From positions 1 through 64,000 of IMG/VR virus record IMGVR_UViG_3300032320_002688: 64,000 bases of DNA, one strand, 5' to 3'. The notes below the pieces were generated by a model, which saw only the letters and a list, made by a program, of their open reading frames with translations, was not told the origin of the DNA and made no database searches. The position numbers and the translations under genes are program-made. Position 1 is the first letter of the stretch; each line of letters opens with the position of its first letter. The stretch comes from a virus (lineage: Duplodnaviria > Heunggongvirae > Uroviricota > Caudoviricetes). Of this stretch, positions 1-8,686 are shown one piece after another.

Positions 1-115
1 AACCTATTGAATAGTTGGGTTTACATTTAGCCGCTTCCTCTAAGATATCAAAATCATAGGGCATTTCGGGATCATTTATTTCACACCATTGTTTACTAAA
101 ATTTGCCATAATTAT

Positions 116-736
116 TTATATTTTTCTAAATACGTGTTTAAAATATTGGTATTCTAAGTTTTTATCTCCTATTACTATATCAAATGCTAAACCTACTCTT
201 AATCCACCATCCCATTTTTTAAATTCATGAGGGGTAAACATTGAAAATATATCAATTTGACCTTCTACATTTTCTAAATCTACTACATTTTCTTCAACAG
301 GACCAAAGTAAAAAGTTGTTGAAGTGGGTTGGGATGAATATAAAAAACAATGACCGGCAAATACATTTTTATAATGTGATTTATCTTCATTACTCATGTG
401 CCTATGTTTACTAATGTATTCTCCTGATCTATAAATGTTACCCCACATCTTAACATAAACATTGTCATCAGTAATTTGATTAGTGAATATTTTTATTTTA
501 TCACATATTAAATCCACTTCGGGCCATCCAAAATCTAATAGATTGTATGAATTATGTTTATAAGTTATACTATTTTCTACAACACCCCCAAAACCATCAT
601 ACTGTGGGAGATTCATGATGTGTTGTTCTTTATCTAATATTTTATCCTTTAATGAATTGGCATTATCAATACCAATACTATCTTTAAATAATATACCCGA
701 TATTACATCTAGAAAAAACAATCTATTTTTGTCCAT
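116..736 (-). CDS. hypothetical protein (possible 2OG-Fe(II) oxygenase-like)
   Basis: 206-aa ORF; His-rich segment HRHMSNEDKSH...AGHCF but no firm HxD...H motif. Confidence 0.45.
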   Translation of the reverse strand: MDKNRLFFLDVISGILFKDSIGIDNANSLKDKILDKEQHIMNLPQYDGFGGVVENSITYKHNSYNLLDFGWPEVDLICDKIKIFTNQITDDNVYVKMWGNIYRSGEYISKHRHMSNEDKSHYKNVFAGHCFLYSSQPTSTTFYFGPVEENVVDLENVEGQIDIFSMFTPHEFKKWDGGLRVGLAFDIVIGDKNLEYQYFKHVFRKI

Positions 737-856
737 ACATCACTTTTATATAGTTAATTAAATAAGTTAAATTAATACTATGGTATTCCATTATTACACC
801 TAATACGCTAATATGTTTTTCACCACATAAACCTAAGGCGTGTTCTATAAAGTGGA

Positions 857-1075
857 TCATATGTTATTTGCTTTTAAGTATTCATGAAATCTAATATACA
901 CCTCAAATGGATCCTTAACATATTCACCTAAATAATAAAATCCATCTTTAGTTAATTTAATTACCTCTTCACCTCCAATCATAAACGTGATTGAATTGGT
1001 ATCTAAATTACTATCTCTTAAGGCCATATTATCGCCTAAAGGTAATTCATTAGGGTTTGATGTTGTAGAGCTCAT
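857..1075 (-). CDS. hypothetical protein
   Basis: 72-aa ORF co-oriented with neighbours. Confidence 0.35.
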   Translation of the reverse strand: MSSTTSNPNELPLGDNMALRDSNLDTNSITFMIGGEEVIKLTKDGFYYLGEYVKDPFEVYIRFHEYLKANNI

Positions 1076-1457
1076 ATACGCTATTTTTTGTTGTAAATTT
1101 AATATAGGTTCCTTGATCTTCCAAGATTTCTGTTACCTGAGTTGTTAACCAAGTGTAGTTACCCATCATTGGGTCAATTATTAAACTATACCCAACACCT
1201 ATTTGTTCGTGTTTGTCTTTACCTCGGCTGTTTTCATCCCATTCAACCCAGTAGGCAACATTGCCTTCCATTACTTTACCATCGTTTTCTCTAACGAGTT
1301 TATACTTGTAAACGGGCTTACCACCATGTTCTTGGCAGTATAATTCATCTACAAACCCTACACTAATGATTTTACGGCACTCATTACATAATGTAGCACC
1401 TCTACCACCATTAAATTTATGGATTGGTTTTAGGTATTTTGTGTTTTGTTGTTTCAT
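1050..1457 (-). CDS. hypothetical protein with CxxC...CxxH zinc-finger-like segment
   Basis: 135 aa; CNECRKI...YCQEHGG. Confidence 0.45.
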   Translation of the reverse strand: MKQQNTKYLKPIHKFNGGRGATLCNECRKIISVGFVDELYCQEHGGKPVYKYKLVRENDGKVMEGNVAYWVEWDENSRGKDKHEQIGVGYSLIIDPMMGNYTWLTTQVTEILEDQGTYIKFTTKNSVYELYNIKP

Positions 1458-1614
1458 ATTCTATAACCATTTGTTGAATTACATCTTCGACTAAATTAAA
1501 ATCGTGATTTGATTTTCCATCCACATAACCATCATATTCAATAGTTGCTTTTGAAAAATTACCTACACTATCAATTAATTTAACTTCTATTTTACTAAGT
1601 TTAGGGTAGTCCAT
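1417..1614 (-). CDS. hypothetical protein
   Basis: 65-aa ORF. Confidence 0.35.
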   Translation of the reverse strand: MDYPKLSKIEVKLIDSVGNFSKATIEYDGYVDGKSNHDFNLVEDVIQQMVIEYETTKHKIPKTNP

Positions 1615-1624
1615 GTTATATCAT

Positions 1625-1978
1625 TTATTTGTCAATAAATTTAGCCAAGCTACGAACTAATTGTCTAAAGAAATAATCTTTTGCTTTTTGCTCAACAGAT
1701 AAATCTTTATAGTCAGCTAAGTTTGGATGTTCTTTTTTAAATACATCTTTTTCAGGGCCATAACTCCAACCTTCATTCTTCTTATGTCTAGCCCATTCAC
1801 CATGTGCTTGTTCAGGACTAACGTGTGGATTTTCTAAATGAAATCTAACACCATCAATTGCTGAATCTTTCTGCCATTTTGGTGCTACATCCCATTCTAC
1901 TTGTGTATCATCACCTATTGCTGAGCAATATGCTTTATTTACTTCGTGTGCTACTTGAGCTACTTGTTCGATTGTCAT
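1625..1978 (-). CDS. RyR-domain protein
   Basis: WARHKKNEGWSYGPEKDVFKKEHPNLADYKDLSVEQKAKD matches the RyR (ryanodine receptor) domain consensus GW.YG....K.HP.L.PY..L...K..D seen in phages. Confidence 0.55.
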   Translation of the reverse strand: MTIEQVAQVAHEVNKAYCSAIGDDTQVEWDVAPKWQKDSAIDGVRFHLENPHVSPEQAHGEWARHKKNEGWSYGPEKDVFKKEHPNLADYKDLSVEQKAKDYFFRQLVRSLAKFIDK

Positions 1979-2440
1979 TTATTTTATTTTAAATATTACT
2001 ACTGATTTTTTATCGTCTTCATCTGTACCTTTTGTTGGTGCGGCCATCTTAATTGATTCAACAATTAAATCTTGGTATTTACCTTTAGGCCAAAATCCAT
2101 TTAAATTATCTCCCAATGAAATATATGGACCACCTGAAGGATCAACCATACTAATATCATTTGTTGAAAATACTAATTTTTGATATTTTTGAGCTAATTC
2201 AGTATATTCAAGTAATTCTTGATCATATTCATGAACTAGTTTTTCAAATACCTCAATCTTCTCATGACCACCATCCATAACATATTGATAATATGCTTTA
2301 CTATAGTCGTTTGATAAACCATATCTAAACCAATTACCACCAGTCATTATTACTGTGTCGTCAATATGTTCGAATGTAATTTTATCTTTGTAGCGGTTGA
2401 AATAAACGGCTACATTTTTTTGTTCATTATTCATAATCAC
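1979..2440 (-). CDS. hypothetical protein
   Basis: 153-aa ORF. Confidence 0.5.
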   Translation of the reverse strand: MIMNNEQKNVAVYFNRYKDKITFEHIDDTVIMTGGNWFRYGLSNDYSKAYYQYVMDGGHEKIEVFEKLVHEYDQELLEYTELAQKYQKLVFSTNDISMVDPSGGPYISLGDNLNGFWPKGKYQDLIVESIKMAAPTKGTDEDDKKSVVIFKIK

Positions 2441-2711
2441 TAAGTTTTAAACCCCACATCAGCGAACACATTGCTGCTTGACGTTCAGCTAGTTTAGGGG
2501 CGAGTTTACATTCTTTTTTATAATAATCAGTCATCCAATCTTTCCACTCTTGGTCTTGTGCCATAGTCATTGTCCATTCTTCCCACCAGTTATCAGTACG
2601 GTTTGTTACATCATCAAACGTAGCATTGTGTCCTGCTATTTCGAACATTTTATTTATTATTGTTCTTACTGTCTCTTCGGGTGTTGGTCTTCTTTTTCTT
2701 GGTTTTTTCAT
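2427..2711 (-). CDS. hypothetical protein (basic N-terminus, Trp-rich)
   Basis: 94-aa ORF. Confidence 0.4.
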   Translation of the reverse strand: MKKPRKRRPTPEETVRTIINKMFEIAGHNATFDDVTNRTDNWWEEWTMTMAQDQEWKDWMTDYYKKECKLAPKLAERQAAMCSLMWGLKLSDYE

Positions 2712-2907
2712 ATGCTATTCCTCCTGTTATTTGATAAGCGTTAAGTAATGCTACTATAGCTCTTATAATTGGTTTCCTTACCTCTTTATATTTTTCTCCA
2801 ATGGGGTGTTTAAGTAGATATTGATCTAATATATCCATTTGAACGTAGAGACGATCCATCATTTCATGATAATGACCATCATTTATTTCTACTTTATTAT
2901 TTCCCAT
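2650..2907 (-). CDS. hypothetical protein
   Basis: 85-aa ORF overlapping the previous one by 62 nt; one of the two may be shorter than listed. Confidence 0.35.
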   Translation of the reverse strand: MGNNKVEINDGHYHEMMDRLYVQMDILDQYLLKHPIGEKYKEVRKPIIRAIVALLNAYQITGGIAYEKTKKKKTNTRRDSKNNNK

Positions 2908-3091
2908 TTAATTTTGCTTTTTCTCTACGAATTTTATCTAATCGAATCCACTCAAGTTGATCTTTAAGTGTTACCATATCACTAAAATTCATTTCTAATA
3001 ATGGAACTTCTTTTTTATTTTTACGATTCAACTTATCTGCTTTATTTAGCCACCTGTCTTGTTCATCCTGAAAGTTAAAATGTTTGCCCAT
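2897..3091 (-). CDS. hypothetical protein
   Basis: 64-aa ORF. Confidence 0.35.
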   Translation of the reverse strand: MGKHFNFQDEQDRWLNKADKLNRKNKKEVPLLEMNFSDMVTLKDQLEWIRLDKIRREKAKLNGK

Positions 3092-3104
3092 TTGTTTTTT
3101 ATTT

Positions 3105-3317
3105 TTAGTTTATATATTCCATCATTAATTCATCCCCTCTACATATACTCTGTAATGTTCTAAACTTACGTTCATCATCTAATGGTTTAGCATTGTCATA
3201 GTTACTACTAAACATTACTTCACCACCAAATGCTAACCCGCTAAATACCTCTAGATTTGAATTCATTACTATAAATTCACTTCGTTTTTCTTTATTTTTT
3301 AATCCAAATAAGCTCAT
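3105..3317 (-). CDS. hypothetical protein
   Basis: 70-aa ORF. Confidence 0.35.
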   Translation of the reverse strand: MSLFGLKNKEKRSEFIVMNSNLEVFSGLAFGGEVMFSSNYDNAKPLDDERKFRTLQSICRGDELMMEYIN

Positions 3318-3318
3318 A

Positions 3319-3915
3319 CTATGAATTTACGACAGGTTTATAGGCCAACCAAGTAGCTATTATATATTTGTCATTTGAAATTGGAACTTCTCCTCTATGA
3401 ACAAATGGAAACGCACTTGGGAATATTAATAAACCACCTTTACGAGGTTTAATTTTACTTCGAGTGTATAAAAATGATGTTTCACCTCCATTATTAACAT
3501 CATTTAAATAAACAATCATTGAAAACGGCCTAATACAACTCTCAGGACCATCTACTTCAACATGCCAAGCATTATAATGCCCACTACCCTTCTTATATTT
3601 TTGTATTTGACATACTTCGTAGTAAGTGGGATTACCTAATATTCTCCTATCAGCATCATAAGTATAAGAATAAGGCATATTTGCTAAGTAACGATTTGAA
3701 AGGTGATCGTTTATCGTTTCATAAAACGAATTATCGACTATACCTCTCAAATCAACTTCAGTAGAATTTTTAACATCAAGATTTAATCCTGAGGCCATTT
3801 GTCCTACTTCTACGTTATTAGCTGCTTCTCGTTTGTCGAATAGATCAACCATTGAGTCGCAAAACTCATTTGTGAAAGCATTATTGCTATAATAAATAAA
3901 TCTATCTAAGTTCAT
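3319..3915 (-). CDS. prolyl-4-hydroxylase-type 2OG-Fe(II) oxygenase
   Basis: WHVEVDG (HxE/D) ... GGETSF ... distal His and basic residue (FVHRGEV...KYIIATW); typical P4H-like cupin layout. Confidence 0.65.
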   Translation of the reverse strand: MNLDRFIYYSNNAFTNEFCDSMVDLFDKREAANNVEVGQMASGLNLDVKNSTEVDLRGIVDNSFYETINDHLSNRYLANMPYSYTYDADRRILGNPTYYEVCQIQKYKKGSGHYNAWHVEVDGPESCIRPFSMIVYLNDVNNGGETSFLYTRSKIKPRKGGLLIFPSAFPFVHRGEVPISNDKYIIATWLAYKPVVNS

Positions 3916-4142
3916 TAGGCAATAACTACTTCTTTAAGAATTGATTTACTTGATGGAACCCAAGTGGTAACTGCTTTATCAAGCAATTCAAGCGCTTTAG
4001 TTTCATCATCTTTACAACAATCAATGAATTGAGTACTTACATAACCATCATCTGATGTTTCTTCTAACTTAATCATGTACCAAGTGTCCACGACACCATT
4101 CTTGTACTCTACTTGTTTCTCTACTAGGAATTTCTTACTCAT
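3915..4142 (-). CDS. small acidic hypothetical protein
   Basis: 75 aa, D/E-rich. Confidence 0.4.
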   Translation of the reverse strand: MSKKFLVEKQVEYKNGVVDTWYMIKLEETSDDGYVSTQFIDCCKDDETKALELLDKAVTTWVPSSKSILKEVVIA

Positions 4143-4148
4143 AACTTA

Positions 4149-4388
4149 TTAATTTAGGTGAATATAATTTAAATCGTTTTCAGGCATCAGTGTTGTAAAT
4201 ATAATATCCTTTCTATTAGGAACCGCGAATGTTACGGGCTCATCACTATCACTCACACCATCATTTAGTTCTTCAAGAACCAACTCAAGTGTTTCTTCGT
4301 TAACCCAAGGCGAACCATCTATATCAACGACGTGTCCTACAAAATACATTCCGTCGTACTCTTCAAAATCATCTTTAGTAAATCTCAT
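4149..4388 (-). CDS. small acidic hypothetical protein
   Basis: 79 aa, strongly D/E-rich. Confidence 0.4.
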   Translation of the reverse strand: MRFTKDDFEEYDGMYFVGHVVDIDGSPWVNEETLELVLEELNDGVSDSDEPVTFAVPNRKDIIFTTLMPENDLNYIHLN

Positions 4389-4399
4389 ATACTTTGTTT

Positions 4400-4606
4400 T
4401 TAGTTATTAAATAATTTTTGTTCACTACACATTTGGATTAATTCCTGCCCTAATGCACTGCTGGTAGTAATAACTTCTCCATCTGTGTCTGTTATTTCCC
4501 AATCATCCGAAATATCATTTTCGGCCATTCTAACTTCATATTCTTTATCTCCGTCTTCAACTATGAAAACGAATGATCTATAAACGGTTGTATCTACTAT
4601 TATCAT
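4400..4606 (-). CDS. small acidic hypothetical protein
   Basis: 68 aa, D/E-rich. Confidence 0.4.
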   Translation of the reverse strand: MIIVDTTVYRSFVFIVEDGDKEYEVRMAENDISDDWEITDTDGEVITTSSALGQELIQMCSEQKLFNN

Positions 4607-4612
4607 ATTAAA

Positions 4613-4876
4613 TTATTTTATAACTTCAATTAATGAAAGGGCTACATTGTAAAATCCAAGACTATTATCTTGTAATAATGCTTTTTTACGTTTAACATCC
4701 ACAACTGTGAATATTTTACCAACTGTTTTCTTGTGATTAATTTTTACTTTAGTACCTACAGATAATTCGTACTTTACTTCTTGCGCCTTAGACGCGATTT
4801 CGTCATGAATAAGATCTCTTAATGTTCTTAATTCATCAATGCTGAAATTCTTTAACTGTGATTTTGTAATAATCAT
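4613..4876 (-). CDS. hypothetical protein
   Basis: 87 aa; shares an upstream leader sequence with the gene at 11632..12066. Confidence 0.45.
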   Translation of the reverse strand: MIITKSQLKNFSIDELRTLRDLIHDEIASKAQEVKYELSVGTKVKINHKKTVGKIFTVVDVKRKKALLQDNSLGFYNVALSLIEVIK

Positions 4877-4942
4877 AACCTTTAATTTTTAATTTTAATT
4901 TATATAAATCTACGACTGTTTTTTTACCCAACCAAATTTGGC

Positions 4943-5386
4943 TTAGGCGTTCATAACGAACGCCATTGAAGCCCAAGTTTTAGTATTTAATTTTTTCCAA
5001 ATATTCCAATCAATCATTTTACTGAAGGCTTGGTGCATATTTCCTACTGTTAAATTATCTAAAATACCCTTATCAATTGAGTACCATTTACCACCTTTAG
5101 TAGTTAAAACGTGGAACCAATGTTCAGAACCATTTTCATACTTTTTAGCAACTTCAACCACTGTTGTATGCTTAGATAAATAATAAGGTAATTCTTTAAC
5201 TGTACCTTCGAAATCGGTAATCATTTGGAAACCAGCTCTCGCCTTACCAGTCATACGAAACTTATATACTTCGTTTTCGTCTTTTAACAGGTTAGATACT
5301 GAAACTGAATTACCATTAATGCTGATGCTACCATAAAATACATCACCACCCATTCCATTGTCATTTACTTTAATCATGTTTTTCAT
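4943..5386 (-). CDS. hypothetical protein
   Basis: 147 aa; preceded by the conserved intergenic motif region. Confidence 0.5.
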   Translation of the reverse strand: MKNMIKVNDNGMGGDVFYGSISINGNSVSVSNLLKDENEVYKFRMTGKARAGFQMITDFEGTVKELPYYLSKHTTVVEVAKKYENGSEHWFHVLTTKGGKWYSIDKGILDNLTVGNMHQAFSKMIDWNIWKKLNTKTWASMAFVMNA

Positions 5387-5406
5387 ATTCTTTAATTTTT
5401 AATTTC

Positions 5407-5420
5407 CGTAAAATTACGAC
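5407..5420 (-). promoter_or_regulatory. near-palindromic motif CGTAA-AA-TTACG (site 1)
   Basis: cgtaaaattacgac; identical 14-mer at 12991..13004; both about 20-45 nt upstream of minus-strand start codons. Confidence 0.4.
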
Positions 5421-5588
5421 CAATTCTTCACATCTCCAAGCTCTCTGCACAATTTCTTTATTCTTCACATCTCTCGCATCCCTCAATCGTGCACCGTAAA
5501 TGTACGACGTGTATTTTAGGTAACCAACCAATTGCGCATAAGTCTTTAAAATTTGCGCAAATCTGCGCGAAAATGCGTATAGCCCGTT

Positions 5589-5610
5589 GAAAATCAACGA
5601 GCTATACATT
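5589..5610 (-). promoter_or_regulatory. conserved intergenic element (AAATCAACGnGCTATrCATT), site 1
   Basis: near-identical copy at 13062..13084; lies in an unusually GC-rich 270-bp intergenic region. Confidence 0.35.
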
Positions 5611-5657
5611 AAATCCGCGTATATATGTAGAGCGTTAGTAATTAACGCGTTATATTA

Positions 5658-5933
5658 TTACTCGGTTTCGTGCGACATATATTGTTCAAATTCATGCGCG
5701 GCTTTCGGATTAACATTTTTCATATGTTCAAGCGTTAATTCGTAACGGCCAACTTCTGTACTTTTAATAAACAATTCATCATGTAAATTATCAGCAGTTT
5801 GTTTTATTGTTACTACTTCTGTTCTCAATGTTGCCATTTGTTTTTGCTGTAAATAGCAAATTACAAGTAAGAATAAAGCGGCACCACTGGCAACTTGTTT
5901 TTGATTGGCTATAAGCCATTTAATCATTTTCAT
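5658..5933 (-). CDS. membrane-anchored hypothetical protein
   Basis: 91 aa with an N-terminal hydrophobic helix. Confidence 0.45.
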   Translation of the reverse strand: MKMIKWLIANQKQVASGAALFLLVICYLQQKQMATLRTEVVTIKQTADNLHDELFIKSTEVGRYELTLEHMKNVNPKAAHEFEQYMSHETE

Positions 5934-5934
5934 A

Positions 5935-6879
5935 TTACTTTAAATTTAAAAGTGCATTACTACCTGATCCTAATACTGTAGTTGGGACATCGCCTTTCCA
6001 TTTTTGCACCTTGATATATTCAATGTACATTGGGGTTAGGAATTGTTGTTCTTTTCTTACTGCCTCTGCTCTACCAGCAGCAGCAATTACAGCTTGAGCA
6101 CTATCACCTTTAGCACGTGCAATTTTTTCTTGTGCCTCAGCTTGAGCAACTAATGTTCTCTGAATAGCGGCTTGTGCTTCTTGAACTGCTTTAGTTTTCT
6201 CTTCAATTGACTTTGTAATAGCAGGAGGTGGAGCGATATTAGTTCTTAATTGAGATACTGTAAACCACTTACCTACTCTCTTATTACATTCAGTGATGAT
6301 ACTAGCTTCAAATTCAGCTCTGTGGTTAAAAATACTATCAACTGTAAATAAGTTTGCTACGTCATTAACTGATGATACAATAGCATTTCGTAACCAACCT
6401 TGTTCTACTGTTTTAATATCAACCCTTAAGTTCTGGAACATTTGATCCACTGCTGTTGGGTTAAGTGAATAGTTAAAACTAGGTCTAATTGTTACTTGGA
6501 AACCACCTTTAGTAATAATAGTGTTTTCTTCATAATCAATATGTTGTTGGTAAACTGGAAACTCATAATATTGTTGTGTAAATGAGTTATATAATACCCA
6601 ACCACGTTTGTATTCTACTTTAGCCATACCTTTACTATCGCCGATGTTATCTACTAAAATAGCTACTTTACCTGAATCAACTCTCTCCACTTCGTAGGGA
6701 ATAAATACTCCCAAAATAAGAGAAATAACTACTGTTGCTACTGCTTTAATAACACCAAGTGGTTTTAAATGTACATCACCATACTTATCAGGTTCACCTG
6801 TATAGGTAGATAATTTAAAGGCACCGAATACTACTCCGAATACCAAAATCGAAATAATGAATGTTAAAATTCCAATCAT
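5935..6879 (-). CDS. SPFH/band-7 (stomatin/prohibitin/HflKC-like) membrane protein
   Basis: N-terminal TM helix, central band-7-like region, C-terminal Ala/Glu/Gln-rich coiled coil AQAEAQEKIARAKGDSAQAVIAAAGRAEAVRKEQ. Confidence 0.6.
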   Translation of the reverse strand: MIGILTFIISILVFGVVFGAFKLSTYTGEPDKYGDVHLKPLGVIKAVATVVISLILGVFIPYEVERVDSGKVAILVDNIGDSKGMAKVEYKRGWVLYNSFTQQYYEFPVYQQHIDYEENTIITKGGFQVTIRPSFNYSLNPTAVDQMFQNLRVDIKTVEQGWLRNAIVSSVNDVANLFTVDSIFNHRAEFEASIITECNKRVGKWFTVSQLRTNIAPPPAITKSIEEKTKAVQEAQAAIQRTLVAQAEAQEKIARAKGDSAQAVIAAAGRAEAVRKEQQFLTPMYIEYIKVQKWKGDVPTTVLGSGSNALLNLK

Positions 6880-6904
6880 AACTGTTTGTTTTTATTGTTT
6901 TAAA

Positions 6905-7060
6905 TTAAAATATGTCGTTTTTATCTTCTTCATCGAATAAATCCTCTCCCTTATAATCGGGATGGTTTTCTTTCATGTAATCAATTCCTCGTACCCAAAA
7001 TGTAGCAACAAGGGCTGCTAATAAAAATGAGCCCCCTATTCCAATAATTAGTCCCACCAT
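6905..7060 (-). CDS. small TM protein (about 51 aa, not in ORF track)
   Basis: reverse-strand translation gives MVGLIIGIGGSFLLAALVATFWVRG... with an acidic tail; directly upstream of the SPFH gene. Confidence 0.3.
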   Translation of the reverse strand: MVGLIIGIGGSFLLAALVATFWVRGIDYMKENHPDYKGEDLFDEEDKNDIF

Positions 7061-7413
7061 TTTTCTATATTGTCGTTTAAATGTTGAAATAATTCTTGTT
7101 TTACTTTATCATGATCTTCTACTGCTTTGTCTATACCCTCTCTATTCCATTCTGTAGCTTCTGATAAGTATTTGTCAAGATAATATTCGGTTTGTACTTT
7201 ATTTATTAAATCAATTGTTTTTAGAATACTATCAGCATCTTCAGTATTATATAGGTGAATACCTTTATTACGAATATATTGTTCAGTAAATGTAAGTTTA
7301 TGTTTAAGTATTTCGTAAATGAAATAATAATCCCAATCACGATCCCTCCATATAATTGGAGCCCATCTAATCAGGTTTTTGATTTTTCTAATATATTCTT
7401 TAATTCTGTACAT
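7048..7413 (-). CDS. hypothetical protein
   Basis: 121-aa ORF. Confidence 0.5.
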   Translation of the reverse strand: MYRIKEYIRKIKNLIRWAPIIWRDRDWDYYFIYEILKHKLTFTEQYIRNKGIHLYNTEDADSILKTIDLINKVQTEYYLDKYLSEATEWNREGIDKAVEDHDKVKQELFQHLNDNIEKWWD

Positions 7414-7431
7414 AATGTTAATTTAAAAAAT

Positions 7432-7454
7432 GGGCCCTGCTAAATACAGGACCC
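7432..7454 (-). terminator. rho-independent terminator-like hairpin
   Basis: GGGTCCTG-TATTTAG-CAGGGCCC on the minus strand followed by TTTTTT (7425..7430). Confidence 0.55.
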
Positions 7455-7476
7455 ATGGCAGAGTAACGCAACCTAA

Positions 7477-7713
7477 TTAGGCAGCAAAGAACTCGTTGTT
7501 CTTAATACGACGACGAGTCAAGTTGTACATTGCATTAGCAACGATTTGGTTAACCTTTCTTTCACCAGCAAGAATGTAATAAACCATTCTTTCAGTGTAA
7601 CCGGTTTCATTTGAGATGCGTGTAACATCACCAGAGCGCTTACGCGCTTTAAAGAAAGCTAATTTTGCGGTGCGGTTTAAATAATTCGCACGAACGTTTG
7701 TTTGATAACTCAT
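7477..7713 (-). CDS. small DNA-binding (HTH-like) protein
   Basis: 78 aa; DVTRISNETGYTERMVYYILAG helix-turn-helix-like segment; basic. Confidence 0.4.
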   Translation of the reverse strand: MSYQTNVRANYLNRTAKLAFFKARKRSGDVTRISNETGYTERMVYYILAGERKVNQIVANAMYNLTRRRIKNNEFFAA

Positions 7714-7787
7714 AACTGTGTTTTTAATAAATTAAATTTTTAACAGGAGCAAAGATACGACTGTATCTTAAGGTAACCAAACTTACT

Positions 7788-8471
7788 TTAAAAATATTTT
7801 GAGAAAAGTCTATAATCTTTTTCGTATATAGCCATGACACGTTGAATTTGTTCTGTTGTTAATGTCTCTTCAACGGTTTTCTTGAGTTCGAGTGGTGTAG
7901 AATTTTCTTTAGGAAATGGTTTAGGGCTCCATTCGCCATAAGTAAATTTCTTAGTTAATTCGGGCCACGCTTCAACTATACCCTTAATGTTATAAAAATG
8001 CAAATAATCAGGTATAATACCATCGGCCGTAGCACAATAAGTCCATTGTGGGTGAAATACATAATCTAAATCGTAAAATTGCCTCCAATAATCTTCAACA
8101 GATAATTCATCCGCGTTATGTTTTACTTTTTGTTCCAGCAATGTAAGTGTTGTTTCTAAATTATTTAGGTACTGATGTGTGCCTGGTCTATTTTCTTCTG
8201 GGTTCCATTCTTGGCGTTCTAATATACCAGTATTCCATTGTAGATACCACCATGCTGAAACAAAACGTTCAACTGGTTCTCTAACTATAGCCATGCAATA
8301 ATGAGTACGAGTAAAATCGTCTCCATTCCACAATATGTCTTTAAGTAATCTGTGGTCATGAACTCTATATTGTCTTCCATTTGGCCACTCATAAACTAAT
8401 GCGGCGTGAATTGATTCTGAGGCGTTTTTAGGAATGGCTAATGCGAATGCATCACAATGATCAAATCTCAT
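7788..8471 (-). CDS. sulfotransferase-family protein
   Basis: IPKNASESI (5'-PSB-like) and VREPVERFVSAWWY (3'-PB motif RxPxxRxxS). Confidence 0.6.
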   Translation of the reverse strand: MRFDHCDAFALAIPKNASESIHAALVYEWPNGRQYRVHDHRLLKDILWNGDDFTRTHYCMAIVREPVERFVSAWWYLQWNTGILERQEWNPEENRPGTHQYLNNLETTLTLLEQKVKHNADELSVEDYWRQFYDLDYVFHPQWTYCATADGIIPDYLHFYNIKGIVEAWPELTKKFTYGEWSPKPFPKENSTPLELKKTVEETLTTEQIQRVMAIYEKDYRLFSKYF

Positions 8472-8686
8472 TATTTATTTTGTTTTAGTCCGTATTTAAT
8501 CCACTTATACCAAATACGTTCATGAATGTAATATTGGATTGGTTTATAGACTAATTCAGCAACACCAAATGCTGCTCCAACTTTTATAGATCCACTTATT
8601 AACCACATTAATCCAAAACCGATTATTGTGCTTATTATTCTGTAACTAATTGTTTTAGCTATATGTCGTTTTCTTTCTACTATCAT
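8471..8686 (-). CDS. small membrane protein
   Basis: 71 aa, two hydrophobic helices. Confidence 0.4.
   Translation of the reverse strand: MIVERKRHIAKTISYRIISTIIGFGLMWLISGSIKVGAAFGVAELVYKPIQYYIHERIWYKWIKYGLKQNK

Noticed and set aside
2550-2744. Plus-strand ORFs in the track (e.g. 2550..2744, 7255..7443, 14882..15082, 15963..16193, 19930..20160, 20486..20710, 20989..21192, 25707..25961, 26759..26995, 27188..27611, 28421..28678, 29076..29258, 34254..35006, 36884..37168, 41854..42180, 48092..48361, 51796..52209, 52753..53281, 58400..60082)
   Set aside because: All are fully embedded antisense within longer, motif-supported minus-strand genes, have low-complexity Ser/Leu/Phe/Cys-rich translations typical of antisense AT-rich DNA, and break the otherwise uniform strand organisation.
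5370-5609. 79-aa minus-strand ORF in the GC-rich gap
   Set aside because: It covers the region containing the duplicated regulatory motifs shared with 12953..13090. The region is more plausibly non-coding regulatory DNA, though a real small gene cannot be excluded.
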